NCBI RefSeq assembly: GCF_044704955.1
Contig: NC_092002.1
Coordinates: 7,564,001 to 7,628,000 of the forward strand
Direction of reading: 5' to 3'
DNA length: 64,000 nt
Origin: Pristiophorus japonicus
Lineage: Eukaryota
Each line of letters opens with the position of its first letter. The first letter of the stretch is position 1. Shown in pieces: positions 12,901-24,900 of this stretch. Made by a program: the position numbers and the translations under genes. The notes under the pieces were generated by a model. That model did no database searches, was not told the origin of the DNA, and saw only the letters and a program-made list of their open reading frames with translations.

Positions 12901-15900
12901 TTGGGGTGGGCTTCCCCACGCCTTCCCTGTGTCAAATCACCCCAACGTAACTCGACCTCCTGTAGGAGGGAGGCATTTGTCTCGTCCGAGAACCTCCTGG
13001 CCCTTTTGCGGCCTCCAATGTAATTCTCTCCCACCTCACTGCTCTCTCCTGCGTCAGTCTCCACAGCGTGCTGTGATGCCTCCTCTTCTCTCTCCATTAT
13101 AGGCCAAATTCGGTCAAATATGTGGCTGGTAACAGCTAATTTTTGCTTGCCTACTTGATGTGAAGCTCTAAAGTCTCCCTCCTTCCTCCCAAAGCAGCCA
13201 CACCACACCCAGCCACACCTTCAATCCCTCTGAGCTCTCTCTCTCTCTCTGTCTCCTCTTCTGCTCATGTCATGGTGACCGTTGACCTCCAGAATCGCGG
13301 GAATCGAGTGTTGCCATGCCGTTGCTAAGGACGGCCACACTTTACGGCAGAAGGTCAAAATAATTTTATGCTACCGCCCATTTGATATCGCTCGCGGTAA
13401 CGCCCATTTAAAAAAATGCAAACTAGGTGTTTTGAGAATGGGCGCTCTGAAAACTCTTTTTTAACTCCCACTCCCGAAATAATGCCCATTTTTCGGCGAT
13501 AAGCACAAAAGTAGAAGTTCTATCCCCAAGTCTCTGGAGTGGGACTTGAACCCACAGAGTCAGAGGCAAGGGTGACATGAGGAGAAAAGGGGGAAATATT
13601 AAGGAATAAAGTGGATAAATATAATTAATAAAGAAAAGCACTGCAAAAGATATTTGGGGTAAAATCTTTCTTTGCAGTATTCGCACTGACAGTGTGGAAG
13701 GGTTTAATAAGAAGGAAAATCTGCTGGAAATACATACAGATCAGTCAGAATCTGTGACGAGAAAAGACAGGTTATGATGCTCCAGGTGTAACACTTTATC
13801 AGAACAGTGATGACTGTTTTATTTATTGTTGAGGGGTTCGCACCATTGTTAAAATAACAGTGAAGTAGTTTGCTAAAATCATGTTGCATAACTGCACCCA
13901 AATTGGGATTTGTTGGCGCCCTCTAATTGACGTCATCCTTTCCTAAGGAGCAGCAGAGATTCATTCTCCCGTCAGTGGCTCTCTAACTACGTCGGGGCTG
14001 CAGGCGACACTAGGCTTGAGTCCTTCTCTCTTCTCCTCTCCAGGCCGCCACGTTCCATTTCTGCAGGACGGGAAGGAAAACCTGGCTCAAGGTAACGGGG
14101 CTGGGTCAACACGGTTTGTCAGACCCCTCGAAATGTTTGCCAAAACTGGCCGCTTTCCCAGCGCTAACCCCAGCTCTCGCTCTGATCAGCACAAAAAACA
14201 ACACTTGTCATTAAGAGTAGAAATTCTTCCACATAAGAAATAGGAGCAGGAGTAGGCCATTTGGTCTCTCGAGCCTGCGCCGCCATTCAATAAGATCATG
14301 GCTGATCTGATCCTGGCCTCAGCTCCACTTCCCCGCCCGCTCCCCATAACCCTTTATTCCCTTATCGCTCAAAAATCTGTCTATCTCCACCTTAAATATA
14401 TTCACTGACCCAGCCTCCACAGCTCTCTACCCCAGAGAGCTGAGGAGGCTGGGTCATTGAATATATTTAAGGTGGCGATAGACAGATTTTTGAACAATAG
14501 GGGAGTTGAGGGTTATGGGGAGCGGGCGGGGAAGTGGAGTTGAGGCCAATATCAGATCAGCCATGATCTTACTGAATGGTGGAGCAGGCTCGAGGGGCAG
14601 AATGGCCGACTCCTGCTCCTATTTCTTATGTTCGAAAGGGGCTTTTGCCTTTGGCTCTACTATGGTTCGGCTCGTGGGGAGTGGTACCAATGACTTGATC
14701 TCTGCCCTCACAGCGCTAAACCCAACTTCCTCAGTCCAAATGCAGAAACGTGCAGTTGAAACTAGCCACAAAAGTGGTCACAATCAGCAGCTTTCATTAC
14801 ACAAGTCAATAGCAAGCTCTCTGCACATCGGGATTTTACCATTCCACGTTATTTTCGCATGAAGTAAAACTGAGACCTGAAACTAACACTGGTTTGGCTA
14901 AAAGCTCCGATTAGCACATGCCCTAGAGTCTGTTCCCATTACACTATGAGTTTATCACTAGTGATCACACGCTATTGCATGCCCTAATTGACTTAGTCAG
15001 TGAATGCACTGGGTGATACAATACTCAGCCACACTGACCAAGAAAGTCCCAGGTGTAATGTATGCACCTGTGAATATTGGGTACTTGGCCTGGAGGGTGT
15101 TGCACGACCGGGGCTGTCCCATGCAATAGGTTTTTAAGTTGGTTTACGGACTCCCAGGCTGCATGCAATTTCTGCGGTCTGGAGGAACCTGTGTTCCGTG
15201 TGTATGTACAGTGTGTGAGGTTGCAGCTCCCTATTCCATAATTTGAAGGGGCTGCTCCTCGATTTCTGGTTGCACTTCAGTCCCACGCTCCTGATGTTTG
15301 GGCATCCTGTGCGGAGGGGAGTAGGCAGGTTGGAGGGCCACCCTGTAGGTCTGCTCTTGGGCATGGTCAAGGGGGCCATTAACCAGATTAGGCAGCGGGC
15401 GGTCGAGGGGGCCGTTCAGCCCGACTGCCTGCCTCTTCTGCGGCTACGTTCGCGCCAGGGTGTCCCTGGAGATGGAGCACGCGGTGTCCACCGGTACGCT
15501 CGCGGCCTTCCGCGAGAGGTAGGCACCGGTGGGACTGGGATGCATCATCACCCCCAGCAACTAAATTTTTATTTGATTTAAGTTTCCGTAAAGGTTTATT
15601 TTGAAATTTGTGGGTTCTAGTGCCCTTGTCAAAAGGGGGTGCTTGATTTTATGTTCTATTAAAATAGTTGTAGAACTGTTACCCTGATCTTTGGGCACCC
15701 GGTGCGGAGGGGAGTGGGCAGGTCGGAGGGCCTCCTCGTTGGACTGCTCCTGGGCCTGGCCACAGTGGCCATTAACTGGACCAGGCAGCGGGCTGTCGAG
15801 GGGGTCGTTCAGTCTGACTGCCTGCCTATCTTCCGCGGTTATGTTCGCGCCAGGGTGTCCCTGGAGATGGAGCATGCAGTGTCCACCGGTACGCTTGCGG

Positions 15901-18900
15901 CTTTCCGCGGGAGGTGGGCACCCGAAGGACTGGGGTGCATAATTTCAACAGGGAACAACATTTTAATTGAATTTGATTTGACAAAATTCCCTTTAATGTT
16001 TAATTGTTAATTTGTGGGTTTTGGTGTCCTTAAAAAAAAAAGGGGGCACTTGATTTAAAAGCTTTACCAAAATAGGTATAGAGCTGTTTCATTGTGAGTG
16101 GCGTAGCCAGTCACGTGATGTTCAGAAGACTCAATGAATCCTCAGCGAGTTGGGTCTAGGTCATCCACGATGAGGTATGCAGTTGTGAGCCTGGTGGATG
16201 AACCGGTAATGTGTAGTGTGATTGTTAAACCTTTGTTAATAAACCAACTAGTTGTTAACAGCAATGTGTTGCTATGAATTCTTAAGCAAAGAACCCATGA
16301 AGCAAATACATTACATTATACCAGGTTCAATCCACTGTGCTGAGCTAGCTGATGGGAGGCAGGTGGCTTGCAGTTTTTTTGGAGGGGCTGGGGGGGTGGG
16401 GGCGCAACAAGTGGCCTCAGCACCTTGGCCAAGAGATAAAGAGGAAAACAAAATATTAGCAAAGGGTCTCACACCAGCAACCTTTTCCCACAAGGTGCAT
16501 GCATCCGCATATCGCGTAAGGTCAGGATTGGGCATGAATGCTCACATGGTCAAATAGCCTGCTGACACTCGAGGTTAGATTTTCCCCCATTTTACCACTT
16601 GTTTTCAGGTGGAACCGGGTCGACTAGAGGAGGATCATCAGGCCTGGGGACCGAAATTGCCCCTTTCTTTCAGAGCCGTGACCGCCTCTTTCGGTAATGA
16701 CTCTCCGCCTCGTCGGTGCAGAGTAAGGGTCATTTTGTAAATTGCCCAATCTGGGTTTTGCAGCGGTAATCACTACCTCGCCGCCCTTGCTCCCGCTCCG
16801 TCGGTCATGTGCGGACCCCCCCCCCCCCCCCCCATCGACCGGCGGCAACCCCCTTTCCGCGCCACGCAGGAGCAGATCATCCCCCGGCGGATGGCATTTT
16901 ATTTTATTTGGTGGCCGACTGCCAGGTCAGCCCGACAATGGTGCCCAGCAGTTCAGCCGGGCCACCAACAGGCAGGCCGGCACCCCCTCTCGGGTGCCAG
17001 GCCGCTGGCCCGGCCGAAACCTTCCCCGGTGGCCCAGTGGACCTAACTCCACCCCGTGCCGAGTTCACAGCGGCGCTCCCCTTTAACGGAAGGGGAGGGA
17101 CGTTGGGACATCATCAGCGTGGCAGACTCGACCGAATGCCACTTCCGCCCCACACCCGCCTGGATAACCTTCCCCCACCCCCACTGGAAAAAAATATTGT
17201 AAAACCTGAATTTCTGTCGGATCCGTGCCCCATGGATTGGTGAGTGTGCCCCGTTTGGGGTGGGCCTCAATTTCGACCCCCTGGTGTTTTTCCTCCAGCA
17301 CTTCACCGGTGGAATGATGACAGATGCTGAATACGCTCTTGACTTTTTCCTTTTAAATCTATTTTTTCTCTCTCAGGAGATGGGAAAGGCTGACATTTCT
17401 TGCCCTGAGAAGGTGGTGGTACTCAGCCTTCTGGAATTGCTGCATTTCTTGTGGCAACGGTGTTCCCACAGTGGGATTGGCTAGGGGATTGCAGGATTTG
17501 GACCCTGTTGTGTATGAGTGTTACAAGTTGCTCATAGCTCTTGGTGGTTGTCTTCTCCGGGGCTAGTAAGTCCCTGACGAGACCGTACATGGTGGGCCCA
17601 TAACTGCTAAGCAGGATGGCCCTGCGTTTGTTCGATAGTGTAGCCGGTGTGTCCCCGTCCAGATCGTTGGCTACAAAGAAATGTTCCAATCTTTCCACCA
17701 AAGCTTCCCTATCTTCCCCCTCTGTAAATTGCTGGAAGTTGCTGAGGTTAGACATGTTGAGTGTGTAGTTCGTGACCTCCTGTGCTTGAGGCTGGCCTCG
17801 TCCGTTTCCCCTCCCTCACACACAAACCAAGTGGGTGTCACTGTTGTGGGATCCCTCGGGGAGGTAGCCACAGCACCAGTGGGTGGTGTGTATACACTGT
17901 GATGTGGGTAGTTGTGGGGTGGTGTGCAGGGCCACAAGACTGGGTGGGCTCCTTGTCCACCAATTGGGATGAGGGTCAGGTCATCCCAGAGTTTGCCAGG
18001 GAAACTGGAGGGTATTGGCCTCGTACGTTTCCCCTTTGCACGCGTGGGTTCGGATCTCATCCTCGTCGCCAGTTGTAGAGTATGTAGGCACCTTTAGTAA
18101 TTACTCCACGAGGCAGGTATGATACTTAAACTGTGAAGACCCGTAGTCCTTTATTTGCAGTTCCTGAGTGACAACAACAAGCTGTGAGTTCCCTTTTATA
18201 CTGGGTTACCTGCCGTGGGCAGGCAACCCCTAGGTCTCCAGCAGCAGCACCCTCTGGTGTACCGGTAAGTTGTGTGCAGTATAAGGATACATTCAATGTG
18301 GCATAAGTGTTATAGACATCACACAGTAAACAGGCACGCATACACAACAGACCCAACCTTGCTAAGAAGACAGAGGGGGTACTTAAACTTTAAATAGGCT
18401 GCAAACACCGTGCAGCTGATCAACGCACCGATTTAAAAAAAAAAAAGAATTGTCAAGTTCTTCATCTACTCTGGAGGCACCCAGCCATGCACCAGTACTG
18501 CAGGCGCTCGAAGCTGACAGCCTCGATACTACTCCCTCACTCACAGATGGGCTTCCCAGTAGGTTTCATCTGTGGCTCAGTTGGTAGTACTCTCACCTCT
18601 GAGTCAGTAAGTTGCGGGTTCAAGTCCCAGAGACGTGAGCACATAATCTAGGCTGCGTGCGTACACTCAGAGTTGTTGTGATCGGTGATATCTGTTTCTT
18701 TTTGTTCATCATCATCATCATAGGCAGTCCCTCGGAATCGAGGAAGACTTGCTTCCACTCTTAAAGATGAGTCCTTAGTGGTACACTCACTATAAAGGAT
18801 GAAACTGAGTACTGTGTACAATGAGCAAGTATGACCTTAGCTCCTTTATTAAGACTCCAGAGTGCAGCTATCTCGTGGGTGGCCTGCTTATATACCGTGC

Positions 18901-21900
18901 TCCCAAGGGATGATGGGATCCCTTGGGACTCCAACAGGTGGGCCCTCTGGTGGTCAGGTGTCATACAGGTTACAAGAGGTTAAATACATACCACTTAGGT
19001 GGCTGAACAGTCCAATATGAGAACCACAGTCCCTGTCACAGGTGGGACAGATAATCATTGAAGGAAAGGGTGGGTGGGGAGTCTGGTTTGCCACACACTT
19101 CTTCCGCTGCTTGCGCTTGATTTCTGCATGCTCTCGGCGACGAGACTCGAGGTGCTCAGCGCCCTCCCGGATGCACTTCCTCCACTTAGGGCGGTCTTTG
19201 GCCAGGGACTCCCAGGTGTCGGTGGGGATGTTGCACTTTATCAGGGAGGCTTTGAGGGTGTCCCTGTAACTTTTCCACTGCCCACCAGTCTGTCAGATTA
19301 CAAATTTTAGACCGAAAAGCAGACCTATGATTTCCTGCCACCAACTTGTGATTTTTCCTCCTTACAGCCTTGTTTGGTGCCGTGTGCCTTAGTCCGGAGC
19401 TCCCAGCGACCAGACCTGGAGACTTGAAGCTGTCTAATGCAGGTCAAGCTCAGCAATATCTGAATGGTTGCTGGAATCTCACTTTAAAGGTACGAATACC
19501 ATGGGTCCAGCACGAAGCTCTTAGAATATAGACAAATTTATTATCAAATATCTCATCTTGTTCCCGCTCCTCTCCTTTCCGCTTCTGAAGGCACTTATCC
19601 CTGGGTAGCAATGTCGCCTCTGAGTCAGAAAGTCGTGGGTTCGAGACTTAAGCACATAATCTAGTCAGCCTGGATTTATTGTGCTCAAGTTCCTGGAGTG
19701 GGACTTGAACCCACAACCTTCTGACTCGGAGGCGAGGGCGCTACCGGTAGAGGTGTAGTACTCGGCCACGCAGGCCTGGAGGTCTCGGGATCGATCCCTG
19801 GTGTGCGCGGTCACCTGAACTGAGCCACTGCAGCAACTTGGGCATTAAAATGGCCTCTGCGCCCCTGAATTAGAGGGAAGAAAAATCTGTCAAGGTTTCC
19901 ACCCCCAGTCACTCCCGCTGGAAAGTGGGTGTTGACAGGCTGCGACTTGGCTGTAATGCTACCCGTAGTCGAATAGCTGACCAGCAATCGCTCATGAAGA
20001 TTGGACACTTGGGTGACATGGGGGAAAGGACACTGTCCGGGGAACTGTAACCTAGCATGAATCAGTGTCTTCAGGGAAACGGGGGGGGTGGGTGGAGGGA
20101 AAGGCTGAAAGTTGAGTTATACGCTTACAAGGGGCGAGCTGCATTGAGGAGCGGGTGCAGTAGATAATAAATATCTCCCCGCTTTGCTTTGCCCAGGACG
20201 ATCCAGATCAAACTGTGCCGGCAACTCCGCCAATGACCTCCGACTCGTTCCAGTCGACCTTCATTTTCGACCACTGCTACCTGCCGTACAGCGAGACAAG
20301 TCGGACCGACTCCAGCCAGGCCGACAGTACATCTTCAGGGGACAATTCCTGCCAGATCTGTCCAAGCTCTGAGAAGTGGGACAGACATCTTCTGCAGGAG
20401 GTTACTTACTGCATCACAATCATCCCTCCTGCATGCAGATATTCTTTTGTGTGGCTTTTATTTTCTTTTGTGCTCATCAAGGAGATTTCAGGCTCTCCCA
20501 ATGTCTCCCAGGTCAGGTACAGCATGGCCGAGATGCAGAGCAAAGCTCCCTCGACCCTGCCCCGTCAATCTGCCTGTGCCAACTTCAGACTGTAACAGTC
20601 AGAAGGTTGCGGGTTCAAGTCCCACTCCAGTCACTTGAGCACAGAATCTAGGCTGGCACACCAGGCTTGTGCTGAACTGTCTCAGGTGCCATCTTTCAGA
20701 TGAGAAGTTAAGCAAGGTCACATCTGCCCTCTCAGATGGACGTAAAAGAGCCCAAGGCCACTATTTCGAAGGGTTTTTCTGCAACCAACATCACTAAAAC
20801 ATACTATCTGATCATTATCACATTGCTGTTTGTGGGAGCTTGCTGTGCGCAAATTAGCGGCCGCATTTCCTACATTACAACAGTGACTGCACTCCAAATG
20901 TACCTATTTGGCTGTAGAGAGCCTTTGGATGGATTGAGGCAATGAAATGCACCGTATAAATACATTCTCTGCTAGCAGCATGATAAACTTTTGTGGACCT
21001 GAGTCCATGATCGGATCAGCCATGATCGTATTAAATGGCGGAGCAAGCTCAAGGGGCCGTATGACCTACTCCTGCTCCTATTTCTTATGTTCTAAGCCTT
21101 TATTTTTCAATTTGTCTCACCTGTCATTCTATGTCATTTCTGAGTGAGATTTCTATCTGATGCCTTTTAGGGGTAGCTTTATACTGTGTACGAGTAATTG
21201 GATTGAGACTGCTCGTTAGTCTGACTGGATTTGAACCCAGGTCCCTGAGATGAAAGGTCAGTGCTAAACCCCTTGTGCTGCCCAATCAGTCATATACTTA
21301 TTTATTATGCTCTTAAAATGAGAGTCTTGCTGTCATTTCTCGGACCAGGGTTCACACCCAGCCTCAGCTAATGACACAAAAGTCGTAACTGTCTGCTAAG
21401 TTTGTTATGTGAAGTCAATTTTGCATAATCGCAATCCAGTTGAACTGTCAATCACACACAGAGAAGCAACAACTTGGGTAATCCAAGAAAGATAAGATAC
21501 TGGTGCAGGGTAATGCTTCTGTGAGGTTGGGGCTGCGCTACAGCAGGGAACAAGACTCCATCGCAGATCGGTGAATACCCCATGCCCAGGTGGATCATGA
21601 ATGGAGGCCCAGAAACACACAGCGTAGCACAATTCAACAGAAAGTGAACTGCAAGTGGCTCCCTGGCAGGATTGAGTATCATTGAGCATCGAGACGTTCA
21701 TAAAATCATGGGAATTTCAGCAGAGAGCAAGGACACTGAGCCCGTTGTGGCCGCCAGTGATAGCTCCACATCAAGAGATATCTCCTCCATTCCCATTTCC
21801 TCGCTCTTTCTCTGTACCCTTCCTCTTAAATATCAGGATTGACTCAGCATCAGCAGTCATGTGCGGTAATGGTTTCATAGTCTAGTAACCCTTGCATAAA

Positions 21901-24900
21901 AAAATCTTCTAACCGCCCCTTTATGCTTTTACGGGAATAATAGAATTTTTACAGCACAATACGAGGCCACTCAGCCCATTGCACCTGTGCCAGCTCTCTG
22001 AAAGGGCTATCCACTTGGTCCCATTCCCATCCTTTTTCCCATAAACCTTTTTAGTTTTTTTCCCTTTTCAAATATTTATTTACTTTCCTTTTAAAGCTAT
22101 TATCGAATCTGCTTCCACCCCTGTTTTTGATGCAGTATTCTTTGTCCTAACTATCATTATGGGGGGGAAATAATTCCTAATATCTCCCTTAATTTTTTTT
22201 GGTGATAATCTTAAATGTATGCCCTTGAGTTACTGCTTCACCGTCCCGTGGGAATAATCTTTCACTATCTTGTCGCTCAAACTCTCAAAACTTTCATCCG
22301 CTTTATTAGACTCTCCTCTCCCAAATACAGATCTGGCTTGTTGAGTCTCTCATCCTGACTATCTCAAATAGGTGCTCTTTGTTGTGTCCTTACTCTCTAC
22401 TGTAAATCAACATGAGGCACATACTGGAGACAAGGGCACTCTGTGACCTGAACCTTTATTCACAGGACCAAGAAATGATGACCCTGCGTGGGACCTCCCT
22501 TTATATACCTGGATGACCAGGTGAGGAGTGTCTCCCACAAGTTCACCCCCTGTGGTCAAGGTGTGCATTTCTTAGGTGTATACAGTGTTGTTACATGAAG
22601 GTTACAGTTACATGAAGGTTACATACATGACATCACCTCCCCCCCAAACGTCTTTGGGTTAAAGATTGAGTCTTTCAGGTGGTCGATGCTCTCTCGTGGA
22701 GCACCGCAGTTAGGGCTCTGGTTGTTGAGCCTTGGCATGCATCTTTGTCACCTGTGGTGATTCCGGCTCGTCCGGGCTGGCCGCAGGGTCTGTGCATGTT
22801 GCTGAAGATTCTTGTTACTCGTTCACTGGCAGTGGTGTGGGCAGCATCTCATGATTTTCCTCAGTGTCCATGCTGAACCTTGTTTTTACTTGGTCCAGAT
22901 GCATGCGGCATATCTGTCCATTGTTAGTCTGACCACTATGACTCCATTCCCCTCTTTGCCAATTACAGTACCCTCAGGCCACTTGGGCCCCAAAGCGTGA
23001 TTAAGAACAAATACAGGGTCATCGATTTCTATACATCTCCACTTTGAGTTACGGTCATTGCACTCATTTTGGGACTGGCGCTTGCCCTCAACAATGTCTG
23101 ACAGGACTGGGTGAATGAGGGACAGCTGAGTTTTAAGTGTGCGTTTCATGAGTAGTTCCGCTGGTGGGACTCTGTGAGCGAATGCGGTCGGGACCTGTAG
23201 GCCAGCAGGAAGCGTGATAGGCGGCATTGAAGGGAGGGTCCTTGAATCCGGAGCATGCCTTGTTTTATGATTTGGACCGCACGTTCCACCTGGCCATTGG
23301 AAGCCGGCTTGAACGGTGCTGTTCTGACATGTTTGATGCCATTACCCGACATGAACTCCCGGAATTCATAGCTAGTGAAGCACGGGCCGTTGTTGCGAAC
23401 CAGAATGTCCAGCAAGCCGTGGGTCGCAAAGACCGCACGCAGACTCTCCACTGTGGTGGATGTCGTGCACGAGTTCAATATGATGCACACGATCCATTTT
23501 GAGTACGCATCAACAACGATGAGGAACATTTTCCCCATGAACGGGCCCGGGTAGTCTACGGGATGAGTGGGGCCTCCCTGGGAGCATTGCCAAGCTGGGC
23601 ATACGTCGTGCACCTGCAAACACAGTGTTCCAGGTCTGCATCAATTCCCGGCCACCATACATGTGACAAGGCTAATGGTCTTCATTAGCACAATGCTGGG
23701 ATTCTTGCTGTGGAGTTCCCTGATAAATGCTTCCCTTCCCTTCTGGGGCATGACTACCCGGCTGCCCCATAGTAGGCAGTCAGCTTGGATGGAGAGTTCA
23801 TCCATCCGTCTGTGAAACGGTCTGGCCTCTTCAGGGCATGCTCCGTGTGCGGGCGCCCAATCCCCAGTCAAGACACATTTCTTAATCAAGGATAGGAGGG
23901 GATCTCTGTTTGTCCAGGTTTTGATCTGGTGGGCTGTGATGGGGGAGCTTGCGCTGTCGAAAGCATCGACAGCCATGACCATCTCCGGTGCCGTATGGTG
24001 TAGTCATACGCAGCCAGCGTGAGAGCCCTTTGCTGTATGCGAGCTGACGCATTGGCATTGACAGCTTTGCTGTCGGACAACAGGGATGTTAACGGCTTAT
24101 GGTCCGTTTCTAACGCGAACCTTCTGCCAAAAAGGTACTGGTGCGTCTTTTTCACTCCGTAGACACATGCGAGTGCTTTCTTTTCAACCATCCCCCCCCC
24201 TTCCTGCTGGGAGAGCGACCCGGAAGCATAAGCCACAGGTTGGAGTTAACCCTCATCATTACTCTGCTGCAACACGCACCCAACCCCATAGGATGATGCA
24301 TCGCATGTCAAAACCAATTTCTTACAGGGGTTGTACAGGGTCAACAGCTTATTAGAACAAAGCAGGTTCCGCGCCCGATTGAAAGCCCATTCCTGACAGA
24401 CCCCCAAAACCAATCGCAACCCTTACGCAGGAGCACGTGTAGCGGCTCCAACAATATGCTTAAGTTCGGCAGAAAGTTCCCGAAATAGTTCAATAGTCCC
24501 AGAAATGAACGCAACTCCGATGTGTTGCCGGGCCTGGGCGCGCGACGGACCCGTTTTTGATTCGGTGGGCCGGATCCTGTCTGCGGCAACCCTCCTGCCC
24601 AAAAACTCGACATCTGGGGCCAAAAACACACACTTGGACTTATTTAGTCGCAGGCCTACCCGGTCCAGTCGGCGTAGCACCTCCTCTAGGTTGTGGAGGT
24701 GTTCCTCGGTGCCTCAACCCGTGATAAGGATGAAATACAATTGTTCCGGGGATGGATTTGAGCAGGCTTTCCATGTTCCTTTGAAAGATAGCGGCTGCTG
24801 AACGAATGCCAAACGGACACCTGTTGTAAACAAAACAGCCCCTTGTGCGCGGTGATGATAGTCAGTAGCTTGGATTCTTCGGCCAGCTCTTGGGTCATGT

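Noticed and set aside
21340-21900. Unique intronic sequence as a possible nested gene
   Set aside because: No convincing splice-bounded frame or recognisable motif, and MEIOSIN phases close without it.
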